Shown here one piece after another: positions 1 through 7,951 of a stretch of DNA of 35,274 bases (positions are counted from its first letter, which is position 1; each line of letters begins with the position of its first letter). The translations under genes were made by a program, and so were the position numbers. Where the stretch lies: contig CADBFJ010000005.1 of NCBI GenBank assembly GCA_902793915.1, forward strand, positions 1-35,274. The letters run 5' to 3'. The DNA is from an uncultured Ruminococcus sp. Its GTDB lineage: Bacteria; Bacillota; Clostridia; Oscillospirales; CAG-272. The notes below the pieces were generated by a model, which saw only the letters and a list, made by a program, of their open reading frames with translations, searched no databases and was not told the DNA's origin.

Positions 1-1
1 G

Positions 2-421
2 GTCGATCAGAGACTTCGCGACGAAGGTATCCGCAACCACGTTTCTCTCGTGGTCGGAGGCTCGATCCACAGTGCCGCCGACGTGGTCAAAGCGGTCGCG
101 CTCGGCGCCGACGCCTGCTACATTGCCACCGCCGCACTGCTTGCGCTCGGCTGTCACCTCTGCCGCACCTGCCAGAGCGGAACCTGCAACTGGGGCATCG
201 CCACACAGCGGCCCGATCTCGTCAAACGTCTCAACCCCGACATCGGCTCGGAGCGGCTCTGCAACCTCATGCACGCATGGAGGCACGAGATCATGGAGAT
301 CATGGGCGGCATGGGAATCAACTCGATTGAAGCCCTGCGCGGCAACCGACTCATGCTGCGTGGCGTGGGACTTAACGAAACGGAACTCGGGATCCTTGGG
401 GTCTCGCACGCAGGAGAATAA
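2..421 (+). CDS. glutamate synthase-related FMN-binding subunit (GltB domain-2 type), C-terminal part; 5' end lies outside the window
   Basis: The frame is open from the window edge. The tail GGSIHSAADVVKAVALGADACYIATAALLALGC.LCRTCQSG.C.WGIATQ is typical of the GltB/archaeal-type GOGAT FMN barrel. Confidence 0.8.
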   Translation, partial: VDQRLRDEGIRNHVSLVVGGSIHSAADVVKAVALGADACYIATAALLALGCHLCRTCQSGTCNWGIATQRPDLVKRLNPDIGSERLCNLMHAWRHEIMEIMGGMGINSIEALRGNRLMLRGVGLNETELGILGVSHAGE

Positions 422-423
422 CG

Positions 424-864
424 ATGAAACGAATTTACGTCAATGAAAAGTGGTGCCTCGGGTGCCACCTTTGCGAATATAACTGCGCCTTTGCCAATTC
501 GGGTATGAAGGATATGGTGCTGGCGCTCAAAGACAAAAAGATCTTCCCGCGCATCCACATCGAAGGCGACGAGAGGATCACCTTTGCCGTCTCCTGTCGC
601 CACTGCACCGACCCGCTCTGTGTCAAAAGCTGTATTGCCGGAGCGATCTCAAAGGTTGACGGCGTGGTGAAAATTGATAAGACCAAATGCGTCGGGTGCC
701 TTACCTGCGTGCTGGTCTGCCCACACGGCGCGCTTTCACTCGGCGAGGACGGGGTGATGCAGAAATGCGAACTCTGCCTCGAAAACGCCTGCGGAAAACC
801 CGCCTGCGTGACCGGTTGTCCGAATCGCGCCATCGTCTACGAAGAGCGAGGTGACAAGGCATGA
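424..864 (+). CDS. 4Fe-4S dicluster ferredoxin-domain protein
   Basis: Cys clusters CLGCHLCEYNC and CVGCLTCVLVCP plus further Cys motifs. It starts 2 nt after the upstream stop, and its stop overlaps the next start (ATGA at 861-864). Confidence 0.8.
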   Translation: MKRIYVNEKWCLGCHLCEYNCAFANSGMKDMVLALKDKKIFPRIHIEGDERITFAVSCRHCTDPLCVKSCIAGAISKVDGVVKIDKTKCVGCLTCVLVCPHGALSLGEDGVMQKCELCLENACGKPACVTGCPNRAIVYEERGDKA

Positions 865-2093
865 AAAAATACGTCATCATCGGAAATGGGACTGCCGCCG
901 TCGGGTGTGTCGAAGGCATCCGCTCGGTCGACAAGAAAAGCAAAATCACCATCATTTCCGAAGAGAAGCACGCGGTTTACAGCCGTCCACTCATCTCCTA
1001 CTACCTCGAAGGCAAAACCGACCTCCACCGGATGAAATATCGCGGCGACTCCTTCTGCGAGGACAACGACTGCCGCGTACTTTACGGAACGAGAGCCGTT
1101 TCAATCGACCCCGAAAAGAAACTGGTTGCCTTGAACGACGGAGCAAAGCTTGATTACGACGCGCTCTGCGTCGCGACCGGATCTCGCCCGTTCGTACCGC
1201 CCTTTGAAGGATTGGAAACGGTCGAAAAGAAATTTTCCTTTATGAAACTCGACGACGCGCTCGCCCTTGAAGGGACGCTGACGAAAGTCGCGCGCGTCCT
1301 TATCGTAGGAGCCGGACTCATCGGCCTCAAATGCGCCGAAGGAATCCGCGACCGCGTGGGAGAGATCACCGTCTGCGATCTTGCTGACCGGGTGCTCTCG
1401 AGTATTCTTGACGCCGACTGCGCCAAGATCGTGCAAGAGCGCCTCGAAGCAAACGGGCTGCATTTTTTGCTCGGCGACACGGCGGTTCGTTTTGAGAAAA
1501 GCAAAGCCGTTATGAAAAGCGGCAAGACGGTTGAGTTTGACGTCCTCGTGCTTGCCGTCGGCGTCCGGGCGAATACCGAACTCGTCAAAGAAGCGGGCGG
1601 CAACGTAAACCGCGGAATCGTGGTTGATGAAAAACTGCAAACCACTTTACCCTGCGTTTTCGCCGCGGGCGACTGCGCCGAGGGCTTTGACGCGTCAATC
1701 GGCGCAAACCGCGTGCTCGCCATTCTGCCGAACGCCTATCTGCAGGGACATGCGGCGGGCGTCAATATGGCGGGCGGCAAGGCCTGCTTTGACAACGCCA
1801 TCCCGATGAACTCGATCGGCTTTTTCGGCTATCATATCATGACCGCCGGCGCTTACGACGGAGAAATGATCGAAGAGAAAACCGGATCGGGCGTCAAGAG
1901 ATTCTTCATCGGCGAGAACCGGCTCAAGGGCTATATTCTGCTCGGGGAGGTCGAGCGCGCCGGAATCTACACCTCGCTGATCCGCGAGAGGACGCCGCTT
2001 GACACGATCGACTTTGATCTGATGAAAAAAGTTGCCACCAATATGATTTATTCCGAAAAAGAACGTAGAAAAACTTTTGGAGACGTGGTATAA
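861..2093 (+). CDS. NAD(P)/FAD-dependent (pyridine nucleotide-disulfide family) oxidoreductase
   Basis: Two Rossmann motifs (VIIGNGTAAVG and LIVGAGLIGLKCAE) and a late AAGDCA motif. It is translationally coupled to its neighbours. Confidence 0.8.
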   Translation: MKKYVIIGNGTAAVGCVEGIRSVDKKSKITIISEEKHAVYSRPLISYYLEGKTDLHRMKYRGDSFCEDNDCRVLYGTRAVSIDPEKKLVALNDGAKLDYDALCVATGSRPFVPPFEGLETVEKKFSFMKLDDALALEGTLTKVARVLIVGAGLIGLKCAEGIRDRVGEITVCDLADRVLSSILDADCAKIVQERLEANGLHFLLGDTAVRFEKSKAVMKSGKTVEFDVLVLAVGVRANTELVKEAGGNVNRGIVVDEKLQTTLPCVFAAGDCAEGFDASIGANRVLAILPNAYLQGHAAGVNMAGGKACFDNAIPMNSIGFFGYHIMTAGAYDGEMIEEKTGSGVKRFFIGENRLKGYILLGEVERAGIYTSLIRERTPLDTIDFDLMKKVATNMIYSEKERRKTFGDVV

Positions 2094-2094
2094 T

Positions 2095-2811
2095 ATGGTT
2101 ATCAACGTACAAAATCTCGATTTTCGCGCCATCAACGAGGCGATCCGACAGTCTGGCAACAAGGCAACGCTGACCGGCTGTATGGGGCAGCGTTTCATCG
2201 GCGCGGGGATGTCTTCGGTCGATCTGACCATCGACGGCGTACCCGGCAACGCGCTCGGCGCTTATCTCAACGGTGCAAAAATCACCGTGCGCGGAAATGC
2301 ACAGGACGCCGTGGGAGACACTATGAACGACGGGAGAATCGTCGTGGACGGCAACATCGGCGACGCCGCGGGATATGCGATGCGCGGCGGCTCGATCTTT
2401 GTTCACGGCAACGCCGGGTATCGTGCCGGCATCCACATGAAGGCCTACAAGGACAAGATCCCTCTCATGGTCATCGGCGGATGCGCCGGGAGCTTTCTCG
2501 GCGAGTATCAAGCCGGCGGCGTGATCGTCGTGCTGGGTCTTACAAAAGGTCGCCGCATCGTCAGCAACTTCCCCTGCACCGGAATGCACGGCGGCAAAAT
2601 GATCCTTCGCTCGAACTGCTCCGACGTGATCTTTCCCGATCAGGTCACGGCTCGCCCGGCAAACGCCGAAGATCTGGAAGAGATCAAAGCCTATGTTTCG
2701 GAGTTTTGCGCCCTGTTTGGCGAGGATGAGAAAGCCATTCTGGATGCGCCCTTTACGGTCGTGACTCCGGACAACAAAAACCCTTATCAACAACTCTACG
2801 TTGCAAATTAA
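2095..2811 (+). CDS. GXGXG-motif protein (GltB C-terminal domain-3 type glutamate synthase subunit)
   Basis: Repeated beta-helix glycine motifs (GNALGAYLNGAKITVRGNAQDAVGDTMNDGRIVVDGNIGDAAGYAMRGGSIFVHGNAG). The ORF-track TTG at 2077 overlaps the upstream gene, whereas ATG 2095 lies 1 nt after its stop. Confidence 0.8.
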   Translation: MVINVQNLDFRAINEAIRQSGNKATLTGCMGQRFIGAGMSSVDLTIDGVPGNALGAYLNGAKITVRGNAQDAVGDTMNDGRIVVDGNIGDAAGYAMRGGSIFVHGNAGYRAGIHMKAYKDKIPLMVIGGCAGSFLGEYQAGGVIVVLGLTKGRRIVSNFPCTGMHGGKMILRSNCSDVIFPDQVTARPANAEDLEEIKAYVSEFCALFGEDEKAILDAPFTVVTPDNKNPYQQLYVAN

Positions 2812-2822
2812 AGGAGGCTATC

Positions 2823-4028
2823 ATGAAATATTCCAAAGAAGAGGTACTGCAATACGTTGCCGAGGAGGACGTCAAGTTCGTCCGCTTGGTCTTTTGCGAC
2901 GTGTTCGGCAGGCAGAAGAATATTTCGATCATGCCGGACGAGCTGAACCGTGCCTTTACGCACGGCATCGCCTTTGACGCCTCGGCCATCGCCGGCTTTG
3001 GCGACGAGGCGCACTCGGATCTCTTTTTGCATCCCGATCCCGAAACGCTCGCTTGGCTCCCCTGGAGGCCCGAGCATGGCAAGGTCGTGCGGATGTTCTG
3101 CTCGATCACATATCCCGACGGAACGCCCTTTGAGTGCGATACGAGAAGTCTTTTGAAGTCTGCTGTCGAGGACGCAAAAAAGGCAGGATACAGCTTCTAC
3201 TTTGGCGCCGAGCAGGAGTTTTACCTCTTTGAGCTCGACGAAAAGGGACTTCCGACCAAAATTCCCTACGACAATGCCGGATACATGGATATTGCCCCCG
3301 AGGATCGCGGCGAAAACGTGCGCCGTGAGATTTGTCTCACGCTCGAGCAAATGGGCATCTATCCCGAAAGCTCGCATCACGAAGAAGGCCCCGGGCAAAA
3401 CGAGATCGACTTCCGCTATTCGGATGCTCTCTCGGCCGCCGACGACTTTATGACCTTCCAGACGGTGGTCAAGACGATCGCCCGCCGCAACGGGCTCTGT
3501 GCCGACTTTTCGCCCAAACCGCTGGAGAAGGCTCCCGGCAACGGATTCCATATCAACTGCTCGGCAAAACCGAATTCGCAGGTCGTGGAAGATCAAATGG
3601 TAGCGGGGATTCTCGAAAAGATCGCCCAGATGACGCTCTTCCTGAATTCCACCGAGCAATCCTACAAGCGGCTCGGGCAGATGAAGGCGCCCAAGTATAT
3701 TTCCTGGTCGAAAGAAAACCGCTCGCAGCTCGTGCGGATCCCGGCGGCTGCGGATGAATATAAGCGTGTCGAGCTGCGCTCGGCCGATCCGCTGTCAAAT
3801 CCCTACCTTGCCTTTGCACTCATGATCCGTGCCTGCCTCTTGGGGATCGAGAACAAGCTGCCGCTCCCTGCTCCGGTCAATCTCAATCTCTTCTCAACCG
3901 AAAAGTTGAAGGCACCCGGACTCGAAAAGCTGCCCGATTCTTTGCAGGCGGCAAAAGAGATTGCGAAAAAAGACGACTGGCTCAAAAACAATCTTCCGGC
4001 AAGAATTTTGGAGATCTATTGCAAATAA
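2823..4028 (+). CDS. glnA: glutamine synthetase (short type I-like)
   Basis: GS motifs FGAEQEFYLF, HHEEGPGQNEIDF, KPL..APGNGFHIN, QSYKRL and VELRSADPLSNPYLAFA. An SD AAAGGAGG lies upstream. Confidence 0.85.
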   Translation: MKYSKEEVLQYVAEEDVKFVRLVFCDVFGRQKNISIMPDELNRAFTHGIAFDASAIAGFGDEAHSDLFLHPDPETLAWLPWRPEHGKVVRMFCSITYPDGTPFECDTRSLLKSAVEDAKKAGYSFYFGAEQEFYLFELDEKGLPTKIPYDNAGYMDIAPEDRGENVRREICLTLEQMGIYPESSHHEEGPGQNEIDFRYSDALSAADDFMTFQTVVKTIARRNGLCADFSPKPLEKAPGNGFHINCSAKPNSQVVEDQMVAGILEKIAQMTLFLNSTEQSYKRLGQMKAPKYISWSKENRSQLVRIPAAADEYKRVELRSADPLSNPYLAFALMIRACLLGIENKLPLPAPVNLNLFSTEKLKAPGLEKLPDSLQAAKEIAKKDDWLKNNLPARILEIYCK

Positions 4029-4063
4029 CAAAAAAAGGATTTCGGTGAAAGGAGGGACAACCC

Positions 4064-4648
4064 ATGGCAGAGAGAGAACAAACCTATCGTGTCCTCATCG
4101 TCTCGGCATCCGAGGCATTTGCAAAAGAACTCTCCGGCCTTCTTCCCCTCCCCACCTTCTCGCCGATCCAAACGGTGCCTGCAATCAGCCTTGCAAAACG
4201 GGAACTCTCCGAGCGGGATTTTGATTTTGTCATCATCAACTCTCCGCTCCGCGACGATCCGGGTACGCACTTTGCAATTGACGCCGCCGATGCCTCCGGC
4301 ACGGTTGTCCTCTTCCTTGCACGTACCGAACAGTACGACGAGGCCTATGACACGCTCGCCGGTCACGGGGTGTTCCTGCTGCAAAAGCCGATCTCCCGCT
4401 CGCTCTTCTCGGTTGCGGCCGATTGGCTGGTCAGCGCCCGGGAGGGACTGCGCAAAACCCAGAAAAAGACCATGTCCATCGAGGAAAAGATGAACGAAAT
4501 TCGCCTTGTCAACCGTGCCAAATGGCTGCTCATCAGCGAGCTCAAAATGACCGAGTCCGACGCCCACCGCTACATCGAAAAACAAGCCATGGATCGCTGC
4601 GTCCCCAAAAAGCAGGTTGCGGAAGAGATTATCAAGTTGTATAGTTAA
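4064..4648 (+). CDS. ANTAR-domain RNA-binding regulator with a receiver-like N-terminus
   Basis: The C-terminal segment EEKMNEIRLVNRAKWLLISELKMTESDAHRYIEKQAMDRCVPKKQVAEEI is ANTAR-like. The N-terminal receiver-like fold reads FDFVIIN where the phospho-acceptor Asp is expected. SD GAAAGGAGGG. Confidence 0.75.
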   Translation: MAEREQTYRVLIVSASEAFAKELSGLLPLPTFSPIQTVPAISLAKRELSERDFDFVIINSPLRDDPGTHFAIDAADASGTVVLFLARTEQYDEAYDTLAGHGVFLLQKPISRSLFSVAADWLVSAREGLRKTQKKTMSIEEKMNEIRLVNRAKWLLISELKMTESDAHRYIEKQAMDRCVPKKQVAEEIIKLYS

Positions 4649-4667
4649 AAAAGCACCCCGATCGGGG

Positions 4668-4711
4668 CAAAACAAAAGAAACGGCTATTCTATCAAAATA
4701 GTCGTTTCTTT
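4668..4711. repeat. R1-A: conserved terminator-like hairpin (GAAACGGCTATT / AATAGTCGTTTC) with an A-run before it and a T-run after it; copy 1 of 3
   Basis: The same ~44-nt sequence caaaacaaaagaaacggctattctatcaaaatagtcgtttcttt also occurs at 8793-8839 and 11521-11566. It lies directly after the ANTAR gene stop. Confidence 0.85.
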
Positions 4712-4766
4712 TTGTGTTGCGTGGGAGATATTGATAGAATCCACGCGAGGGGGGTAAGAGGTTACC
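4712..4766. repeat. R2-A: 55-nt conserved element, copy 1 of 2
   Basis: ttgtgttgcgtgggagatattgatagaatccacgcgaggggggtaagaggttacc aligns with 9048-9103 with about 6 differences. It contains the small hairpins CGTGG..CCACG and GGGGTAAG..CTTACCCC. Confidence 0.8.
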
Positions 4767-4797
4767 TTACCCCTCCGCTCTCAAAAGAAACAATGCC

Positions 4798-4813
4798 GTC
4801 CCAAATTTGGGAC
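4798..4813. promoter_or_regulatory. O1: perfect 16-bp palindrome GTCCCAAATTTGGGAC (candidate operator)
   Basis: Read directly from the sequence. It sits 12 nt upstream of the extended -10 TGtTATACT (4822-4830), and related dyads occur at 5690-5705 and 8451-8466. Confidence 0.7.
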
Positions 4814-4821
4814 ATCGGTTT

Positions 4822-4830
4822 TGTTATACT
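4822..4830 (+). promoter_or_regulatory. extended -10 element (TGtTATACT) for the 4884-5677 operon
   Basis: TG at 4822-4823 and TATACT at 4825-4830. No good -35 is present; the -35 region is occupied by palindrome O1. Confidence 0.45.
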
Positions 4831-4883
4831 CCTTTTGCAAGGCGGTGATGAGTGCCGCAAAATAAAGCAAAAGGAGAACAAAA

Positions 4884-5138
4884 ATGGACACCAAAAGTAT
4901 TTTCAACCAGATGGAGCAGGTTCGCCGGGAGATGGCGACGATCGACCGAAACATGGAGACCGAGAAGCGGTCGCTTGATGGTTACGAGCGGCAGATTCAG
5001 GCAATTCAAAGGAGCGCCGAGCCGCACCGTCGCCGCATTTCCGAACTGGAACGCAAAAAGAGAGATCTGCAACGAAAGTTGGACACCCTCGGCCGCGATT
5101 ATCGCCGCGTATTGGAGTCGGAGAAAAAACGCAGATGA
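4884..5138 (+). CDS. small highly charged coiled-coil-like protein (84 aa), unknown function
   Basis: SD AAAGGAGAA lies 5 nt before the ATG. The composition is heptad-rich and Arg/Glu/Lys-rich, and the stop overlaps the next start (ATGA at 5135-5138). Confidence 0.6.
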   Translation: MDTKSIFNQMEQVRREMATIDRNMETEKRSLDGYERQIQAIQRSAEPHRRRISELERKKRDLQRKLDTLGRDYRRVLESEKKRR

Positions 5139-5677
5139 GCACATTTCCGATGTTAGAAGCGGCATTGGGCGGCGGATTTTGCCACGGTTCTCTCTTGTTG
5201 GTGGCGAGCAGGCCGGGCGTTGGGAAAAGTACATTATTGCGGCAGATCGCAGACGATTCCAACGGCATTTATCTCTGCAACGAACTCGACGCCGCCGGTG
5301 TGGAAAATGTGGCAAGGAGTGCGCACGGCAGGATTCTTTGTTTGGATTTTGACACCGCCGCACAAAGCATCACGGGAGAAACTCTAAAGCGGCTTGCGCA
5401 AAAATACGAAATCCCCATTCTGGTAGCGACAGGTGTATCCCGGAATTGCGAAGGGCGAGAAGATAAGCGCCCACGCCTTGCGGATCTGGATCAAAATCTG
5501 GTCGCCGCAGCCGACGTGGTTCTCGTGCTCTATCGGGAATCCTATTATCATTGCGGCATTTCCATAGAGCCGAACGACGACGAATTCATCCTTCGCAAAA
5601 ACGCACATGGGGAGATCTGCACCATTCCTGCCACCCTGCATCTCCCGGAACGTCTTTGGTCGGAACGGAAAAATTAG
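5135..5677 (+). CDS. truncated DnaB C-terminal-like (RecA-fold) P-loop protein, 180 aa
   Basis: GGGFCHGSLLLVASRPGVGKSTLL (Walker A in DnaB context) and LKRLAQKYEIPILVATGVSRNCEGREDKRPRLADLDQNLVAAADVVLVLYRESYY (DnaB H3/H4-like). It lacks the DnaB N-terminal domain and part of the core. Confidence 0.65.
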   Translation: MSTFPMLEAALGGGFCHGSLLLVASRPGVGKSTLLRQIADDSNGIYLCNELDAAGVENVARSAHGRILCLDFDTAAQSITGETLKRLAQKYEIPILVATGVSRNCEGREDKRPRLADLDQNLVAAADVVLVLYRESYYHCGISIEPNDDEFILRKNAHGEICTIPATLHLPERLWSERKN

Positions 5678-5679
5678 CC

Positions 5680-5708
5680 TTGCATTCCTGTCCCGAATAT
5701 GGTACAAT
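5680..5708 (+). promoter_or_regulatory. sigma-A-type promoter TTGCAT-17-TACAAT (with TGg extension) overlapped by dyad O2, GTCCCGAATATGGTAC (5690-5705)
   Basis: -35 at 5680-5685 and -10 at 5703-5708. O2 matches O1 at 13/16 positions, and its last 3 nt are the first 3 nt of the -10. Confidence 0.65.
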
Positions 5709-5739
5709 AGGATCAACCGGAATGAGAAAGGATGATCCT

Positions 5740-6729
5740 ATGGATACTCTGGAACCGAAAAAGTTAGCGCTCTTGCGGGTTTTGCAAATTCTCTGGAAGG
5801 AGAGCGACGCCGACCATCCGCTCCACCAAGGACAGATCGCATCGCTTTTGGAGCGAGAATACGGTATCGTGGTCGAGCGCAAGGCGATCGGGCGCAACCT
5901 CTCGCTCTTGCAGGAGGCAGGGTTTGAGATTGAAAACAACGGAGGCGGGTTTTATCTGAATTCCCGCCTTTTTGAGGATTCCGAGCTTCAACTTTTGATC
6001 GACGGCGTGCTGGCAAGTCGGCACATCTCGCTCCCGCACTCAAAGGAATTGATCGGCAAGCTCTGCCGGCTCTCCAATCGCTATTTTCCTCGCCACGTCT
6101 CGAACATTCATTCGGTCGGCGAGTGGAACAAGACCGAAAACAAAACGCTTTTCTATCACATTGAGCTTGTGGACGAGGCGATCGAAAGCGGGAAAATGGT
6201 GGAGTACGACTACAACAAATACGGTGTTGACAAGAAACTCCACAAAAGCTCCTTTCAGCGCATCAGCCCCTACCAGTTGATCTTACACAACCAGCGCTAT
6301 TATCTCATGGGGTACAGCTCCTATTGGAAACACATGGTCTATCACCGCATGGATCGCATCACAAACATGGTCATCTCGGAGCAGCCGCTTGTCCCGATCC
6401 GTACGATCGAGGGCTATTCCGACGGGATCAATTACCGCAACCTTTCCACCGCCATGCCCTATATGTTCGCCGAGCCGCCCGAGCGCATCACGCTCCGCAC
6501 CGGCGAGGGCATGATGGATCAACTTGTGGACTGGTTCGGCAAGGAGGTCATGGTGCAAAAGATCGAGGACGGCACCATCGAGGTCAGCCTCCACGCCGCA
6601 CCGACTGCCATGCTCTATTGGGCGCTCCAATACGCCGACGCCGTGGAAATTCTCAAGCCGCAGGGGTTAAGGGAGCGGATTTGCAAGGTGCTGGACGAGG
6701 CAAAGGGAAAATATCAACAAGGAAAGTGA
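5740..6729 (+). CDS. HTH-WYL-WCX family transcriptional regulator (BrxR/CapW/PafBC-like architecture)
   Basis: N-terminal wHTH (LALLRVLQILWKESDADHPLHQGQIASLL), WYL core (YQLILHNQRYYLMGYSSYWKHMVYHRMDRI) and a C-terminal extension. ATG 5740 has SD GAAAGGA. The ORF-track start at 5551 and ATG 5722 lie upstream of or too close to the predicted promoter. Confidence 0.75.
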   Translation: MDTLEPKKLALLRVLQILWKESDADHPLHQGQIASLLEREYGIVVERKAIGRNLSLLQEAGFEIENNGGGFYLNSRLFEDSELQLLIDGVLASRHISLPHSKELIGKLCRLSNRYFPRHVSNIHSVGEWNKTENKTLFYHIELVDEAIESGKMVEYDYNKYGVDKKLHKSSFQRISPYQLILHNQRYYLMGYSSYWKHMVYHRMDRITNMVISEQPLVPIRTIEGYSDGINYRNLSTAMPYMFAEPPERITLRTGEGMMDQLVDWFGKEVMVQKIEDGTIEVSLHAAPTAMLYWALQYADAVEILKPQGLRERICKVLDEAKGKYQQGK

Positions 6730-6739
6730 CGGTAGCAAA

Positions 6740-7876
6740 ATGGAAAAATTAAAAAATTTGTTCGACTATGCCACAAGCGAACTTTCACAGGATGCTTTTC
6801 TCTGTTGGCTTCTTGAAAACTACAACTGCGAGAATCCAGTCGTCAGCAGAGCCGCACTTGATCTACTTGGCAAAATGACAGATTTGGATTGCTCCAAGCC
6901 CGGTGCTGTAACCGAGTTAAAGACCGATCGACAAGAGACCGAGAACTATCCCAATCCCGAACCCAAAAAGGACGAGAAGAAGTCCATCCACTGCGTTTTT
7001 GATATTATTGTAACCTTTCGGTATCGTGAAGAAAAACACATGCTTTTGATTGAAGATAAAATCTTTTCTTCGCCAAGCAATAAACAAATCGGTTTTTACC
7101 CGCAAGCATTCAAAAAATATGCAGAAAGACATTGCATTCCGAAGGATAATCTATACCGTGTAATTTATAAGACGGATATTGATCTTTATGGATACAAGGA
7201 AAAATCTCCGGGATGGAATAAGTCTTTTTATCTTGACAACATTTATTCTTTTTTTGAAAAGCAACAACACTCCGGTTGTCTGATTTTTGACCAGTACCGC
7301 AAGCACATTTGCGAATTGCATGAAAAGACAACCAAACTTCCTGACAAACCTATGGCGGAATGGAAAGACCTCATCCTTTTCAGAACCTATATTCAGCAAA
7401 AGATACTCCCATTCGTCAACTCCAATTATGGCGATGTTCTAGAAGCAAGTCCTTCCGGGTGGATTTCTTATTCTGCAATTTGGATCGAACGCAAAGACAA
7501 TGACAACATCACAAAAGATAAAAAAGTAAGGTTTTCTCTTGAAATCAGTTTTTGGCGTCACACTCCCTCGGCGCGTATCACCTTGCGCGGCGGAAAAATG
7601 GAGGTAAAGAATAAGGATCTTTTTGCTAGTAAAAAGTTCAGGGAGTGGGCAGAAAGCAACTTGATTCGGGGAAGCAAAGGGTTTAGAGTTTATAGGCGCG
7701 ATTATTGTGTTGGACACAACAAAAAAGAATTTCTTTCTTATGAAAGCGGCATTGAAAAAGTAACGCAGGATTGCAAAGAATTGATTGAAGATTTTGCCAA
7801 AATGTGCCGTGAGATGAATAAAGAACTCCCCCAGCACCCCGACTGGCGGATTTTCTTGACAGAACGAGAAAAGTAA
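6740..7876 (+). CDS. PD-(D/E)xK nuclease-superfamily protein (PDDEXK_4-like N-terminus) with an unknown ~230-aa C-terminal region
   Basis: SELSQDAFLCWLLEN... then FDIIV...HMLLIEDKIFS...KQIGFY fits the E..D..(D/E)xK layout. It starts 11 nt after the WYL stop. The gene is AT-rich (19/60 GC at 7141-7200), unlike the WYL gene. Confidence 0.6.
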   Translation: MEKLKNLFDYATSELSQDAFLCWLLENYNCENPVVSRAALDLLGKMTDLDCSKPGAVTELKTDRQETENYPNPEPKKDEKKSIHCVFDIIVTFRYREEKHMLLIEDKIFSSPSNKQIGFYPQAFKKYAERHCIPKDNLYRVIYKTDIDLYGYKEKSPGWNKSFYLDNIYSFFEKQQHSGCLIFDQYRKHICELHEKTTKLPDKPMAEWKDLILFRTYIQQKILPFVNSNYGDVLEASPSGWISYSAIWIERKDNDNITKDKKVRFSLEISFWRHTPSARITLRGGKMEVKNKDLFASKKFREWAESNLIRGSKGFRVYRRDYCVGHNKKEFLSYESGIEKVTQDCKELIEDFAKMCREMNKELPQHPDWRIFLTEREK

Positions 7877-7906
7877 AGCAAAACCCCTCAATAAAACCGG
7901 GCTTTC

Positions 7907-7926
7907 GGGCGGTGTGTTTACCGCCC
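7907..7926. terminator. hairpin GGGCGGT-gtgttt-ACCGCCC between convergent genes
   Basis: A 7-bp GC stem lies between the nuclease-like gene (+) and the 146-aa gene (-). The U-tracts are weak. Confidence 0.4.
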
Positions 7927-7951
7927 TGTTCCAAGAGCTTTTATGCTTTTT

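Noticed and set aside
4712-4978. Plus-strand ORFs 4712-4978 and 8964-9179 that both translate to ..CCV.DIDRIH.RG..
   Set aside because: The shared peptide is simply the translation of the R2 nucleotide repeat. The ORFs have no SD, run across promoter and operator elements, and diverge completely outside R2.
5551-5739. The longer ORF-track version of the WYL gene (392 aa, starting at 5551).
   Set aside because: The extra N-terminal 63 residues overlap the 3' end of the DnaB-like gene in another frame. They lie upstream of the predicted promoter (5680-5708) and are basic and low-complexity. ATG 5740, with SD GAAAGGA, gives a canonical wHTH N-terminus.
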